In this document: piece after piece, positions 32,001 through 46,300 of the stretch
Position numbering within the stretch: the stretch's first letter is position 1
Layout of the letters: the number at the start of each line of letters is the position of its first letter
Source: Nemertoderma westbladi
Lineage: Eukaryota > Animalia > Xenacoelomorpha
Direction: 5' to 3'
DNA: 64,000 bases
NCBI GenBank assembly: GCA_032718475.1
Contig: JAUCBJ010006711.1
Span: 163,881-227,880 of the forward strand
The notes under the pieces: generated by a model
Seen by the model: only the letters and a program-made list of their open reading frames with translations
Database searches by the model: none
What the model was told of the DNA's origin: nothing
Made by a program: the position numbers and the translations under genes

Positions 32001-32799
32001 CTAAAGTGGCTGGAGCTAAAGTTATTATGTAATGCAATAATTCACCTCAAATATCTCAGCTATTTCATGAACATAATGAAGTATTAAAGCCATGTCAAAA
32101 TCCTTGGTGTTTTTCTGCAATAATTTTTCAAAATATCCTCTGATTTTTTACAAAAATCATATCGATTTTCATATTTATAACTTCTATCCCACTCAACGAG
32201 ATAAAGTATCTTAAATGAAAGTCAAAAGAACAGGTAACACTTACATTTATAGAAGTAATCAGCTGTTATTTGCTACGTCTTTCTGCTGGGGATGGATTAA
32301 TTTTGATTGCGTTGGAACACCCCCTATCTGTGGCTTTCTGAGTGGAGAGATACGTATCCTATCTCCCTATTAATATTGTTGTGTTCTAGAATATTTTTTA
32401 TAGTTTCACGTATTGCCAAAGTGACTAGAGCTGAAGTTAACTCATAATACAATAATTCACCTCAAATATCTCAGCTATTTCATGAACATAATGAAGTATT
32501 AAAGCCATGTCAAAATCATTGGTGTTTTTCTGCAATAATTTATCAAAATATCCTCTGATTTTTATCAAAAACCACATCGATTTTCTTATTTATAACTTCT
32601 ATCCCACTCCACGAGATAGAGAATCTTAAATGAACGTCAAAAGAACAGGTAACACTTACATTTATAGCAGTAATCAGCTGTTATTTGCTACGTCTTCCCG
32701 CCGGAGATGGATGAATTTTGATTGCGTTGGAACACCCCCTATCTGTGGCTGTCTGAGTGGAGAGATAAGTATCCTATCTCCCTATTAATATTGTTGTGT

Positions 32800-35700
32800 T
32801 CTAGAATATTTTTTATAGTTTCATCGTATTGCCAAAGTGACTAGAGCTGAAGTTAACTCATAATACAATAATTCACCTCAAATATCTCAGCTATTTCATG
32901 AACATAATGAAGTATTAAAGCCATGTCAAATTCCTTGGTATTTTTCTGCAATAATTTATCAAAATATCCTCTGATTTTTTTAAAAAACCATATCAATTTT
33001 CATATTTATAACTTCTATCCCACTCAACGAGATAAAGTATCTTAAATGAAAGTCAAAAGAACAGGTAACACTTACATTTATAGAAGTAATCAGCTGTTAT
33101 TTGCTACGTCTTTCCGCTGGAGATGGATGAATTTTGATTGCGTTGGAACACCCCCTATCTGTGGCTTTCTGAGTGGAGAGATAAGTATCCTATCTCCCTA
33201 TTAATATTGTTGTGTTGAATATTTTTTATAGTTTCATCGTATTGCCAAAGTGACTAGAGTTCAAGTTGTCTCATAATACAATAATTCACCTCAAATATCT
33301 CAGCTATTTCATGAACATAATGAAGTATTAAATCCATGTCAAAATCCTTGGTATTTTTCTGCAATAATTTATCAAAATATCCTCTGATTTTTTTCAAAAA
33401 CCATATCAATTTTCATATTTATAACTTCTATCCCACTCCACGAGATTGAGAATCTTAAATGAACGTCAAAAGAACAGGTAACACTTACATTTATAGAAGT
33501 AATCAGCTGTTATTTGCTACGTCTTTCCGCTGGAGATGGATGAATTTTGATTGCGTTGGAACACCCCCTATCTGTGGCTTTCTGAGTGGAGAGATAAGTA
33601 TCCTATCTCCCTATTAATATTGTTGTGTTGAATATTTTTTATAGTTTCATCGTATTGCCAAAGTGACTAGAGCTCAAGTTGTCTCATAATACAATAATTC
33701 ACCTCAAATATCTCAGCTATTTCATGAACATAATGAAGTATTAAATCCATGTCAAAATCCTTGGTATTTTTCTGCAATAATTTATCAAAATTTCCTCTGA
33801 TTTTTTTCAAAAACCATATCAATTTTCATATTTATAACTTCTATCCCACTCCACGAGATTGAGAATCTTAAATGAACGTCAAAAGAACAGGTAACACTTA
33901 CATTTATAGAAGTAATCAGCTGTTATTTGCTACGTCTTTCTGCTGGAGATGGATGAATTTTGATTGTGTCAGAACACCCCCTATCTGTGGCTGTCTGAGT
34001 TTAGAAATAAGTAGCCTATCTCCCTATTAATATTGTTGTGTTCTAGAATATTTATTATAGTTTCATCGTATTGCTAAAGTGGCTGGAGCTAAAGTTATTA
34101 TGTAATGCAATAATTCACCTCAAATATCTCAGCTATTTCATGAACATAATGAAGTATTAAAGCCATGTCAAAATCCTTGGTGTTTTTCTGCAATAATTTT
34201 TCAAAATATCCTCTGATTTTTTACAAAAATCATATCGATTTTCATATTTATAACTTCTATCCCACTCAACGAGATAAAGTATCTTAAATGAAAGTCAAAA
34301 GAACAGGTAACACTTACATTTATAGAAGTAATCAGCTGTTATTTGCTACGTCTTTCTGCTGGAGATGGATTAATTTTGATTGCGTTGGAACACCCCCTAT
34401 CTGTGGCTTTCTGAGTGGAGAGATACGTATCCTATCTCCCTATTAATATTGTTGTGTTCTAGAATATTTTTTATAGTTTCATCGTATTGCCAAAGTGACT
34501 AGAGCTGAAGTTGTCTCATAATTCAATAATTCACCTCAAATATCTCAGCTATTTCATGAACATAATGAAGTAATAAATCCATGTCAAAATCCTTGGTATT
34601 TTTCTGCAATAATTTATCAAAATATCCTCTGATTTTTTTCAAAAACCACATCGATTTTCTTATTTATAACTTCTATCCCACTCCACGAGATAGAGAATCT
34701 TAAATGAACGTCAAAAGAACAGGTAACACTTACATTTATAGCAGTAATCAGCTGTTATTTGCTACGTCTTTCCGCTGGAGATGGATTAATTTTGATTGCG
34801 TTGGAACACCCCCTATCTGTGGCTGTCTGAGAGGAGAGATAAGTAGCCTATCTCCCTGTTAATATTGTTGTGTTCTAGAATATTTATTATAGTTTCATCG
34901 TATTGCCAAAGTGACTAGAGCTGAAGTTGACTCATAATACAATAATTCACCTCAAATATCTCAGCTATTTCATGAACATAATGAAGTATTAAATCCATGT
35001 CAAATTCCTTGGTATTTTTCTGCAATAATTTATCAAAATATCCTCTGATTTTTTTCAAAAACCATATCGATTTTCATATTTATAACTTCTATCCCACTCA
35101 ACGAGATAAAGTATCTTAAATGAAAGTCAAAAGAACAGGTAACACTTACATTTATAGAAGTAATCAGCTGTTATTTGCTACGTCTTTCTGCTGGAGATGG
35201 ATTAATTTTGATTGCGTTGGAACACCCCCTATCTGTGGCTTTCTGAGTGGAGAGATACGTATCCTATCTCCCTATTAATATTGTTGTGTTCTAGAATATT
35301 TTTTATAGTTTCATCGTATTGCCAAAGTGACTAGAGCTGAAGTTAACTCATAATACAATAATTCACCTCAAATATCTCAGCTATTTCATGAACATAATGA
35401 AGTATTAAAGCCATGTCAAATTCCTTGGTATTTTTCTGCAATAATTTATCAAAATATCCTCTGATTTTTTTAAAAAACCATATCAATTTTCATATTTATA
35501 ACTTCTATCCCACTCAACGAGATAAAGTATCTTAAATGAAAGTCAAAAGAACAGGTAACACTTACATTTATAGAAGTAATCAGCTGTTATTTGCTACGTC
35601 TTTCCGCTGGAGATGGATGAATTTTGATTGCGTTGGAACACCCCCTATCTGTGGCTTTCTGAGTGGAGAGATAAGTATCCTATCTCCCTATTAATATTGT

Positions 35701-38700
35701 TGTGTTGAATATTTTTTATAGTTTCATCGTATTGCCAAAGTGACTAGAGTTCAAGTTGTCTCATAATACAATAATTCACCTCAAATATCTCAGCTATTTC
35801 ATGAACATAATGAAGTATTAAATCCATGTCAAAATCCTTGGTATTTTTCTGCAATAATTTATCAAAATATCCTCTGATTTTTTTCAAAAACCATATCAAT
35901 TTTCATATTTATAACTTCTATCCCACTCCACGAGATTGAGAATCTTAAATGAACGTCAAAAGAACAGGTAACACTTACATTTATAGAAGTAATCAGCTGT
36001 TATTTGCTACGTCTTTCCGCTGGAGATGGATGAATTTTGATTGCGTTGGAACACCCCCTATCTGTGGCTTTCTGAGTGGAGAGATAAGTATCCTATCTCC
36101 CTATTAATATTGTTGTGTTGAATATTTTTTATAGTTTCATCGTATTGCCAAAGTGACTAGAGCTCAAGTTGTCTCATAATACAATAATTCACCTCAAATA
36201 TCTCAGCTATTTCATGAACATAATGAAGTATTAAATCCATGTCAAAATCCTTGGTATTTTTCTGCAATAATTTATCAAAATTTCCTCTGATTTTTTTCAA
36301 AAACCATATCAATTTTCATATTTATAACTTCTATCCCACTCCACGAGATTGAGAATCTTAAATGAACGTCAAAAGAACAGGTAACACTTACATTTATAGA
36401 AGTAATCAGCTGTTATTTGCTACGTCTTTCTGCTGGAGATGGATGAATTTTGATTGTGTCAGAACACCCCCTATCTGTGGCTGTCTGAGTTTAGAAATAA
36501 GTAGCCTATCTCCCTATTAATATTGTTGTGTTCTAGAATATTTATTATAGTTTCATCGTATTGCTAAAGTGGCTGGAGCTAAAGTTATTATGTAATGCAA
36601 TAATTCACCTCAAATATCTCAGCTATTTCATGAACATAATGAAGTATTAAAGCCATGTCAAAATCCTTGGTGTTTTTCTGCAATAATTTTTCAAAATATC
36701 CTCTGATTTTTTACAAAAATCATATCGATTTTCATATTTATAACTTCTATCCCACTCAACGAGATAAAGTATCTTAAATGAAAGTCAAAAGAACAGGTAA
36801 CACTTACATTTATAGAAGTAATCAGCTGTTATTTGCTACGTCTTTCTGCTGGAGATGGATTAATTTTGATTGCGTTGGAACACCCCCTATCTGTGGCTTT
36901 CTGAGTGGAGAGATACGTATCCTATCTCCCTATTAATATTGTTGTGTTCTAGAATATTTTTTATAGTTTCATCGTATTGCCAAAGTGACTAGAGCTGAAG
37001 TTGTCTCATAATTCAATAATTCACCTCAAATATCTCAGCTATTTCATGAACATAATGAAGTAATAAATCCATGTCAAAATCCTTGGTATTTTTCTGCAAT
37101 AATTTATCAAAATATCCTCTGATTTTTTTCAAAAACCACATCGATTTTCTTATTTATAACTTCTATCCCACTCCACGAGATAGAGAATCTTAAATGAACG
37201 TCAAAAGAACAGGTAACACTTACATTTATAGCAGTAATCAGCTGTTATTTGCTACGTCTTTCCGCTGGAGATGGATTAATTTTGATTGCGTTGGAACACC
37301 CCCTATCTGTGGCTGTCTGAGAGGAGAGATAAGTAGCCTATCTCCCTGTTAATATTGTTGTGTTCTAGAATATTTATTATAGTTTCATCGTATTGCCAAA
37401 GTGACTAGAGCTGAAGTTGACTCATAATACAATAATTCACCTCAAATATCTCAGCTATTTCATGAACATAATGAAGTATTAAATCCATGTCAAATTCCTT
37501 GGTATTTTTCTGCAATAATTTATCAAAATATCCTCTGATTTTTTTCAAAAACCATATCGATTTTCATATTTATAACTTCTATCCCACTCAACGAGATAAA
37601 GTATCTTAAATGAAAGTCAAAAGAACAGGTAACACTTACATTTATAGAAGTAATCAGCTGTTATTTGCTACGTCTTTCTGCTGGAGATGGATTAATTTTG
37701 ATTGCGTTGGAACACCCCCTATCTGTGGCTTTCTGAGTGGAGAGATACGTATCCTATCTCCCTATTAATATTGTTGTGTTCTAGAATATTTTTTATAGTT
37801 TCATCGTATTGCCAAAGTGACTAGAGCTGAAGTTAACTCATAATACAATAATTCACCTCAAATATCTCAGCTATTTCATGAACATAATGAAGTATTAAAG
37901 CCATGTCAAATTCCTTGGTATTTTTCTGCAATAATTTATCAAAATATCCTCTGATTTTTTTAAAAAACCATATCAATTTTCATATTTATAACTTCTATCC
38001 CACTCAACGAGATAAAGTATCTTAAATGAAAGTCAAAAGAACAGGTAACACTTACATTTATAGAAGTAATCAGCTGTTATTTGCTACGTCTTTCCGCTGG
38101 AGATGGATGAATTTTGATTGCGTTGGAACACCCCCTATCTGTGGCTTTCTGAGTGGAGAGATAAGTATCCTATCTCCCTATTAATATTGTTGTGTTGAAT
38201 ATTTTTTATAGTTTCATCGTATTGCCAAAGTGACTAGAGTTCAAGTTGTCTCATAATACAATAATTCACCTCAAATATCTCAGCTATTTCATGAACATAA
38301 TGAAGTATTAAATCCATGTCAAAATCCTTGGTATTTTTCTGCAATAATTTATCAAAATATCCTCTGATTTTTTTCAAAAACCATATCAATTTTCATATTT
38401 ATAACTTCTATCCCACTCCACGAGATTGAGAATCTTAAATGAACGTCAAAAGAACAGGTAACACTTACATTTATAGAAGTAATCAGCTGTTATTTGCTAC
38501 GTCTTTCCGCTGGAGATGGATGAATTTTGATTGCGTTGGAACACCCCCTATCTGTGGCTTTCTGAGTGGAGAGATAAGTATCCTATCTCCCTATTAATAT
38601 TGTTGTGTTGAATATTTTTTATAGTTTCATCGTATTGCCAAAGTGACTAGAGCTCAAGTTGTCTCATAATACAATAATTCACCTCAAATATCTCAGCTAT

Positions 38701-40320
38701 TTCATGAACATAATGAAGTATTAAATCCATGTCAAAATCCTTGGTATTTTTCTGCAATAATTTATCAAAATTTCCTCTGATTTTTTTCAAAAACCATATC
38801 AATTTTCATATTTATAACTTCTATCCCACTCCACGAGATTGAGAATCTTAAATGAACGTCAAAAGAACAGGTAACACTTACATTTATAGAAGTAATCAGC
38901 TGTTATTTGCTACGTCTTTCTGCTGGAGATGGATGAATTTTGATTGTGTCAGAACACCCCCTATCTGTGGCTGTCTGAGTTTAGAAATAAGTAGCCTATC
39001 TCCCTATTAATATTGTTGTGTTCTAGAATATTTATTATAGTTTCATCGTATTGCTAAAGTGGCTGGAGCTAAAGTTATTATGTAATGCAATAATTCACCT
39101 CAAATATCTCAGCTATTTCATGAACATAATGAAGTATTAAAGCCATGTCAAAATCCTTGGTGTTTTTCTGCAATAATTTTTCAAAATATCCTCTGATTTT
39201 TTACAAAAATCATATCGATTTTCATATTTATAACTTCTATCCCACTCAACGAGATAAAGTATCTTAAATGAAAGTCAAAAGAACAGGTAACACTTACATT
39301 TATAGAAGTAATCAGCTGTTATTTGCTACGTCTTTCTGCTGGAGATGGATTAATTTTGATTGCGTTGGAACACCCCCTATCTGTGGCTTTCTGAGTGGAG
39401 AGATACGTATCCTATCTCCCTATTAATATTGTTGTGTTCTAGAATATTTTTTATAGTTTCATCGTATTGCCAAAGTGACTAGAGCTGAAGTTGTCTCATA
39501 ATTCAATAATTCACCTCAAATATCTCAGCTATTTCATGAACATAATGAAGTAATAAATCCATGTCAAAATCCTTGGTATTTTTCTGCAATAATTTATCAA
39601 AATATCCTCTGATTTTTTTCAAAAACCACATCGATTTTCTTATTTATAACTTCTATCCCACTCCACGAGATAGAGAATCTTAAATGAACGTCAAAAGAAC
39701 AGGTAACACTTACATTTATAGCAGTAATCAGCTGTTATTTGCTACGTCTTTCCGCTGGAGATGGATTAATTTTGATTGCGTTGGAACACCCCCTATCTGT
39801 GGCTGTCTGAGAGGAGAGATAAGTAGCCTATCTCCCTGTTAATATTGTTGTGTTCTAGAATATTTATTATAGTTTCATCGTATTGCCAAAGTGACTAGAG
39901 CTGAAGTTGACTCATAATACAATAATTCACCTCAAATATCTCAGCTATTTCATGAACATAATGAAGTATTAAATCCATGTCAAATTCCTTGGTATTTTTC
40001 TGCAATAATTTATCAAAATATCCTCTGATTTTTTTCAAAAACCATATCGATTTTCATATTTATAACTTCTATCCCACTCAACGAGATAAAGTATCTTAAA
40101 TGAAAGTCAAAAGAACAGGTAACACTTACATTTATAGAAGTAATCAGCTGTTATTTGCTACGTCTTTCTGCTGGAGATGGATTAATTTTGATTGCGTTGG
40201 AACACCCCCTATCTGTGGCTTTCTGAGTGGAGAGATACGTATCCTATCTCCCTATTAATATTGTTGTGTTCTAGAATATTTTTTATAGTTTCATCGTATT
40301 GCCAAAGTGACTAGAGCTGA
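32800..40320. repeat. Higher-order repeat: 6-monomer unit of 2490 bp, ~3 copies
   Basis: Identical variant order at 33121, 35611 and 38101; 2490 = 4x416 + 2x413. Boundaries approximate. Confidence 0.9.
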
Positions 40321-43300
40321 AGTTGACTCATAATACAATAATTCACCTCAAATATCTCAGCTATTTCATGAACATAATGAAGTATTAAATCCATGTCAAA
40401 TTCCTTTGTATTTTTCTGCAATAATTTATCAAAATATCCTCTGATTTTTTTCAAAAACCATATCAATTTTCATATTTATAACTTCTATCCCACTCAACGA
40501 GATAAAGTATCTTAAATGAAAGTCAAAAGAACAGGTAACACTTACATTTATAGAAGTAATCAGCTGTTATTTGCTACGTCTTTCCGCTGGAGATGGATGA
40601 ATTTTGATTGCGTTGGAACACCCCCCTATCTGTGGCTTTCTGAGTGGAGAGATAAGTATCCTATCTCCCTATTAATATTGTTGTGTTCTAGAATATTTTT
40701 TATAGTTTCATCGTATTGCCAAAGTGACTAGAGCTGAAGTTGTCTCATAATTCAATAATTCACCTCAAATATCTCAGCTATTTCATGAACATAATGAAGT
40801 AATAAATCCATGTCAAAATCCTTGGTATTTTTCTGCAATAATTTATCAAATTATCCTCTGATTTTTTTCAAAAACCACATCGATTTTCACATCAATTTTC
40901 ATATTTATAACTTCTATCCCACTCAGCGGGATAAAGTATCTTAAATGAAAGTCAAAAGAACAGGTAACACTTACATTTATAGAAGTAATCAGCTGTTATT
41001 TGCTTCGTCTTTCCGCTGGAGATGGATGAATTTTGATTGTGTCAGAACACCCCTATCTGTGGCTGTCTGAGTTGAGAGATAAGTAGCCTATCTCCCTATT
41101 AATATTGTTGTGTTCTAGAATATTTATTATACAATAATTCACCTCAAATATCTCAGCTATTTCATGAACATAATGAAGTATTAAATCCATGTCAAATTCC
41201 TTGGTATTTTTCTGCAATAATTTATCAAAATATCCTCTGATTTTTTTAAAAAACCATATCAATTTTCATATTTATAACTTCTATCCCACTCAACGAGATA
41301 AAGTATCTTAAATGAAAGTCAAAAGAACAGGTAACACTTACATTTATAGAAGTAATCAGCTGTTATTTGCTACGTCTTTCCGCTGGAGATGGATGAATTT
41401 TGATTGCGTTGGAACACCCCCTATCTGTGGCTTTCTGAGTGGAGAGATAAGTATCCTATCTCCCTATTAATATTGTTGTGTTGAATATTTTTTATAGTTT
41501 CATCGTATTGCCAAAGTGACTAGAGCTCAAGTTGTCTCATAATACAATAATTCACCTCAAATATCTCAGCTATTTCATGAACATAATGAAGTATTAAATC
41601 CATGTCAAAATCCTTGGTATTTTTCTGCAATAATTTATCAAAATTTCCTCTGATTTTTTTCAAAAACCATATCAATTTTCATATTTATAACTTCTATCCC
41701 ACTCCACGAGATTGAGAATCTTAAATGAACGTCAAAAGAACAGGTAACACTTACATTTATAGAAGTAATCAGCTGTTATTTGCTACGTCTTTCTGCTGGA
41801 GATGGATGAATTTTGATTGTGTCAGAACACCCCCTATCTGTGGCTGTCTGAGTTTAGAAATAAGTAGCCTATCTCCCTATTAATATTGTTGTGTTCTAGA
41901 ATATTTATTATAGTTTCATCGTATTGCTAAAGTGGCTGGAGCTAAAGTTATTATGTAATGCAATAATTCACCTCAAATATCTCAGCTATTTCATGAACAT
42001 AATGAAGTATTAAAGCCATGTCAAAATCCTTGGTGTTTTTCTGCAATAATTTTTCAAAATATCCTCTGATTTTTTACAAAAATCATATCGATTTTCATAT
42101 TTATAACTTCTATCCCACTCAACGAGATAAAGTATCTTAAATGAAAGTCAAAAGAACAGGTAACACTTACATTTATAGAAGTAATCAGCTGTTATTTGCT
42201 ACGTCTTTCTGCTGGAGATGGATTAATTTTGATTGCGTTGGAACACCCCCTATCTGTGGCTTTCTGAGTGGAGAGATACGTATCCTATCTCCCTATTAAT
42301 ATTGTTGTGTTCTAGAATATTTTTTATAGTTTCATCGTATTGCCAAAGTGACTAGAGCTGAAGTTGTCTCATAATTCAATAATTCACCTCAAATATCTCA
42401 GCTATTTCATGAACATAATGAAGTAATAAATCCATGTCAAAATCCTTGGTATTTTTCTGCAATAATTTATCAAAATATCCTCTGATTTTTTTCAAAAACC
42501 ACATCGATTTTCTTATTTATAACTTCTATCCCACTCCACGAGATAGAGAATCTTAAATGAACGTCAAAAGAACAGGTAACACTTACATTTATAGCAGTAA
42601 TCAGCTGTTATTTGCTACGTCTTTCCGCTGGAGATGGATTAATTTTGATTGCGTTGGAACACCCCCTATCTGTGGCTGTCTGAGAGGAGAGATAAGTAGC
42701 CTATCTCCCTGTTAATATTGTTGTGTTCTAGAATATTTATTATAGTTTCATCGTATTGCCAAAGTGACTAGAGCTGAAGTTGACTCATAATACAATAATT
42801 CACCTCAAATATCTCAGCTATTTCATGAACATAATGAAGTATTAAATCCATGTCAAATTCCTTGGTATTTTTCTGCAATAATTTATCAAAATATCCTCTG
42901 ATTTTTTTCAAAAACCATATCGATTTTCATATTTATAACTTCTATCCCACTCAACGAGATAAAGTATCTTAAATGAAAGTCAAAAGAACAGGTAACACTT
43001 ACATTTATAGAAGTAATCAGCTGTTATTTGCTACGTCTTTCTGCTGGAGATGGATTAATTTTGATTGCGTTGGAACACCCCCTATCTGTGGCTTTCTGAG
43101 TGGAGAGATACGTATCCTATCTCCCTATTAATATTGTTGTGTTCTAGAATATTTTTTATAGTTTCATCGTATTGCCAAAGTGACTAGAGCTGAAGTTGAC
43201 TCATAATACAATAATTCACCTCAAATATCTCAGCTATTTCATGAACATAATGAAGTATTAAATCCATGTCAAATTCCTTTGTATTTTTCTGCAATAATTT

Positions 43301-46300
43301 ATCAAAATATCCTCTGATTTTTTTCAAAAACCATATCAATTTTCATATTTATAACTTCTATCCCACTCAACGAGATAAAGTATCTTAAATGAAAGTCAAA
43401 AGAACAGGTAACACTTACATTTATAGAAGTAATCAGCTGTTATTTGCTACGTCTTTCCGCTGGAGATGGATGAATTTTGATTGCGTTGGAACACCCCCCT
43501 ATCTGTGGCTTTCTGAGTGGAGAGATAAGTATCCTATCTCCCTATTAATATTGTTGTGTTCTAGAATATTTTTTATAGTTTCATCGTATTGCCAAAGTGA
43601 CTAGAGCTGAAGTTGTCTCATAATTCAATAATTCACCTCAAATATCTCAGCTATTTCATGAACATAATGAAGTAATAAATCCATGTCAAAATCCTTGGTA
43701 TTTTTCTGCAATAATTTATCAAATTATCCTCTGATTTTTTTCAAAAACCACATCGATTTTCACATCAATTTTCATATTTATAACTTCTATCCCACTCAGC
43801 GGGATAAAGTATCTTAAATGAAAGTCAAAAGAACAGGTAACACTTACATTTATAGAAGTAATCAGCTGTTATTTGCTTCGTCTTTCCGCTGGAGATGGAT
43901 GAATTTTGATTGTGTCAGAACACCCCTATCTGTGGCTGTCTGAGTTGAGAGATAAGTAGCCTATCTCCCTATTAATATTGTTGTGTTCTAGAATATTTAT
44001 TATACAATAATTCACCTCAAATATCTCAGCTATTTCATGAACATAATGAAGTATTAAATCCATGTCAAATTCCTTGGTATTTTTCTGCAATAATTTATCA
44101 AAATATCCTCTGATTTTTTTAAAAAACCATATCAATTTTCATATTTATAACTTCTATCCCACTCAACGAGATAAAGTATCTTAAATGAAAGTCAAAAGAA
44201 CAGGTAACACTTACATTTATAGAAGTAATCGGCTGTTATTTGCTACGTCTTTCCGCTGGAGATGGATGAATTTTGATTGCGTTGGAACACCCCCTATCTG
44301 TGGCTTTCTGAGTGGAGAGATAAGTATCCTATCTCCCTATTAATATTGTTGTGTTCTAGAATATTTTTTATAGTTTCATCGTATTGCCAAAGTGACTAGA
44401 GCTGAAGTTAACTCATAATACAATAATTCACCTCAAATATCTCAGCTATTTCATGAACATAATGAAGTATTAAAGCCATGTCAAAATCATTGGTATTTTT
44501 CTGCAATAATTTATCAAAATATCCTCTGATTTTTATCAAAAACCACATCGATTTTCTTATTTATAACTTCTATCCCACTCCACGAGATAGAGAATCTTAA
44601 ATGAACGTCAAAAGAACAGGTAACACTTACATTTATAGCAGTAATCAGCTGTTATTTGCTACGTCTTTCCGCTGGAGATGGATTAATTTTGATTGCGTTG
44701 GAACACCCCCTATCTGTGGCTGTCTGAGAGGAGAGATAAGTAGCCTATCTCCCTGTTAATATTGTTGTGTTCTAGAATATTTATTATAGTTTCATCGTAT
44801 TGCCAAAGTGACTAGAGCTGAAGTTGTCTCATAATTCAATAATTCACCTCAAATATCTCAGCTATTTCATGAACATAATGAAGTATTAAATCCATGTCAA
44901 AATCCTTGGTATTTTTCTGCAATAATTTATCAAAATATCCTCTGATTTTTTTCATAAACCATATCAATTTTCATATTTATAACTTCTATCCCACTCCACG
45001 AGATAAAGAATCTTAAATGAAAGTCAAAAGAAGAGGTAACACTTACATTTATAGAAGTAATCAGCTGTTATTTGCTACGTCTTTCCGCTGGAGATGGATG
45101 AATTTTGATTGTATCAGAACACCCCCTATCTGTGGCTGTCTGAGTTGAGAAATAAGTAGCCTATCTCCCTATTAATATTGTTGTGTTCTAGAATATTTAT
45201 TATAGTTTCATCGTATTGCTAAAGTGGCTGGAGCTAAAGTTATTATGTAATGCAATAATTCACCTCAAATATCTCAGCTATTTCATGAACATAATGAAGT
45301 ATTAAATCCATGTCAAATTCCTTGGTATTTTTCTGCAATAATTTATCAAAATATCCTCTGATTTTTTTCATAAACCATATCAATTTTCATATTTATAACT
45401 TCTATCCCACTCCACGAGATAAAGAATCTTAAATGAAAGTCAAAAGAAGAGGTAACACTTACATTTATAGAAGTAATCAGCTGTTATTTGCTACGTCTTT
45501 CCGCTGGAGATGGATGAATTTTGATTGTGTCAGAACACCCCCTATCTGTGGCTGTCTGAGTTGAGAAATAAGTAGCCTATCTCCCTATTAATATTGTTGT
45601 GTTCTAGAATATTTATTATAGTTTCATCGTATTGCTAAAGTGGCTGGAGCTAAAGTTATTATGTAATGCAATAATTCACCTCAAATATCTCAGCTATTTC
45701 ATGAACATAATCAAGTATTAAAGCCATGTCAAAATCATTGGTGTTTTTCTGCAATAATTTATCAAAATATCCTCTGATTTTTTTCAAAAACCACATCGAT
45801 TTTCTTATTTATAACTTCTATCCCACTCCACGAGATAGAGAATCTTAAATGAACGTCAAAAGAACAGGTAACACTTACATTTATAGCAGTAATCAGCTTT
45901 TATTTGCTACGTCTTTCTGCTGGAGATGGATGAATTTTGATTGCGTTGGAACACCCCCTATCTGTGGCTTTCTGAGTGGAGAGATAAGTATCCTATCTCC
46001 CTATTAATATTGTTGTGTTGAATATTTTTTATAGTTTCATCGTATTGCCAAAGTGACTAGAGCTCAAGTTGTCTCATAATACAATAATTCACCTCAAATA
46101 TCTCAGCTATTTCATGAACATAATGAAGTATTAAATCCATGTCAAAATCCTTGGTATTTTTCTGCAATAATTTATCAAAATATCCTCTGATTTTTTTCAA
46201 AAACCATATTAATTTTCATATTTATAACTTCTATCCCACTCCACGAGATTGAGAATCTTAAATGAACGTCAAAAGAACAGGTAACACTTACATTTATAGC

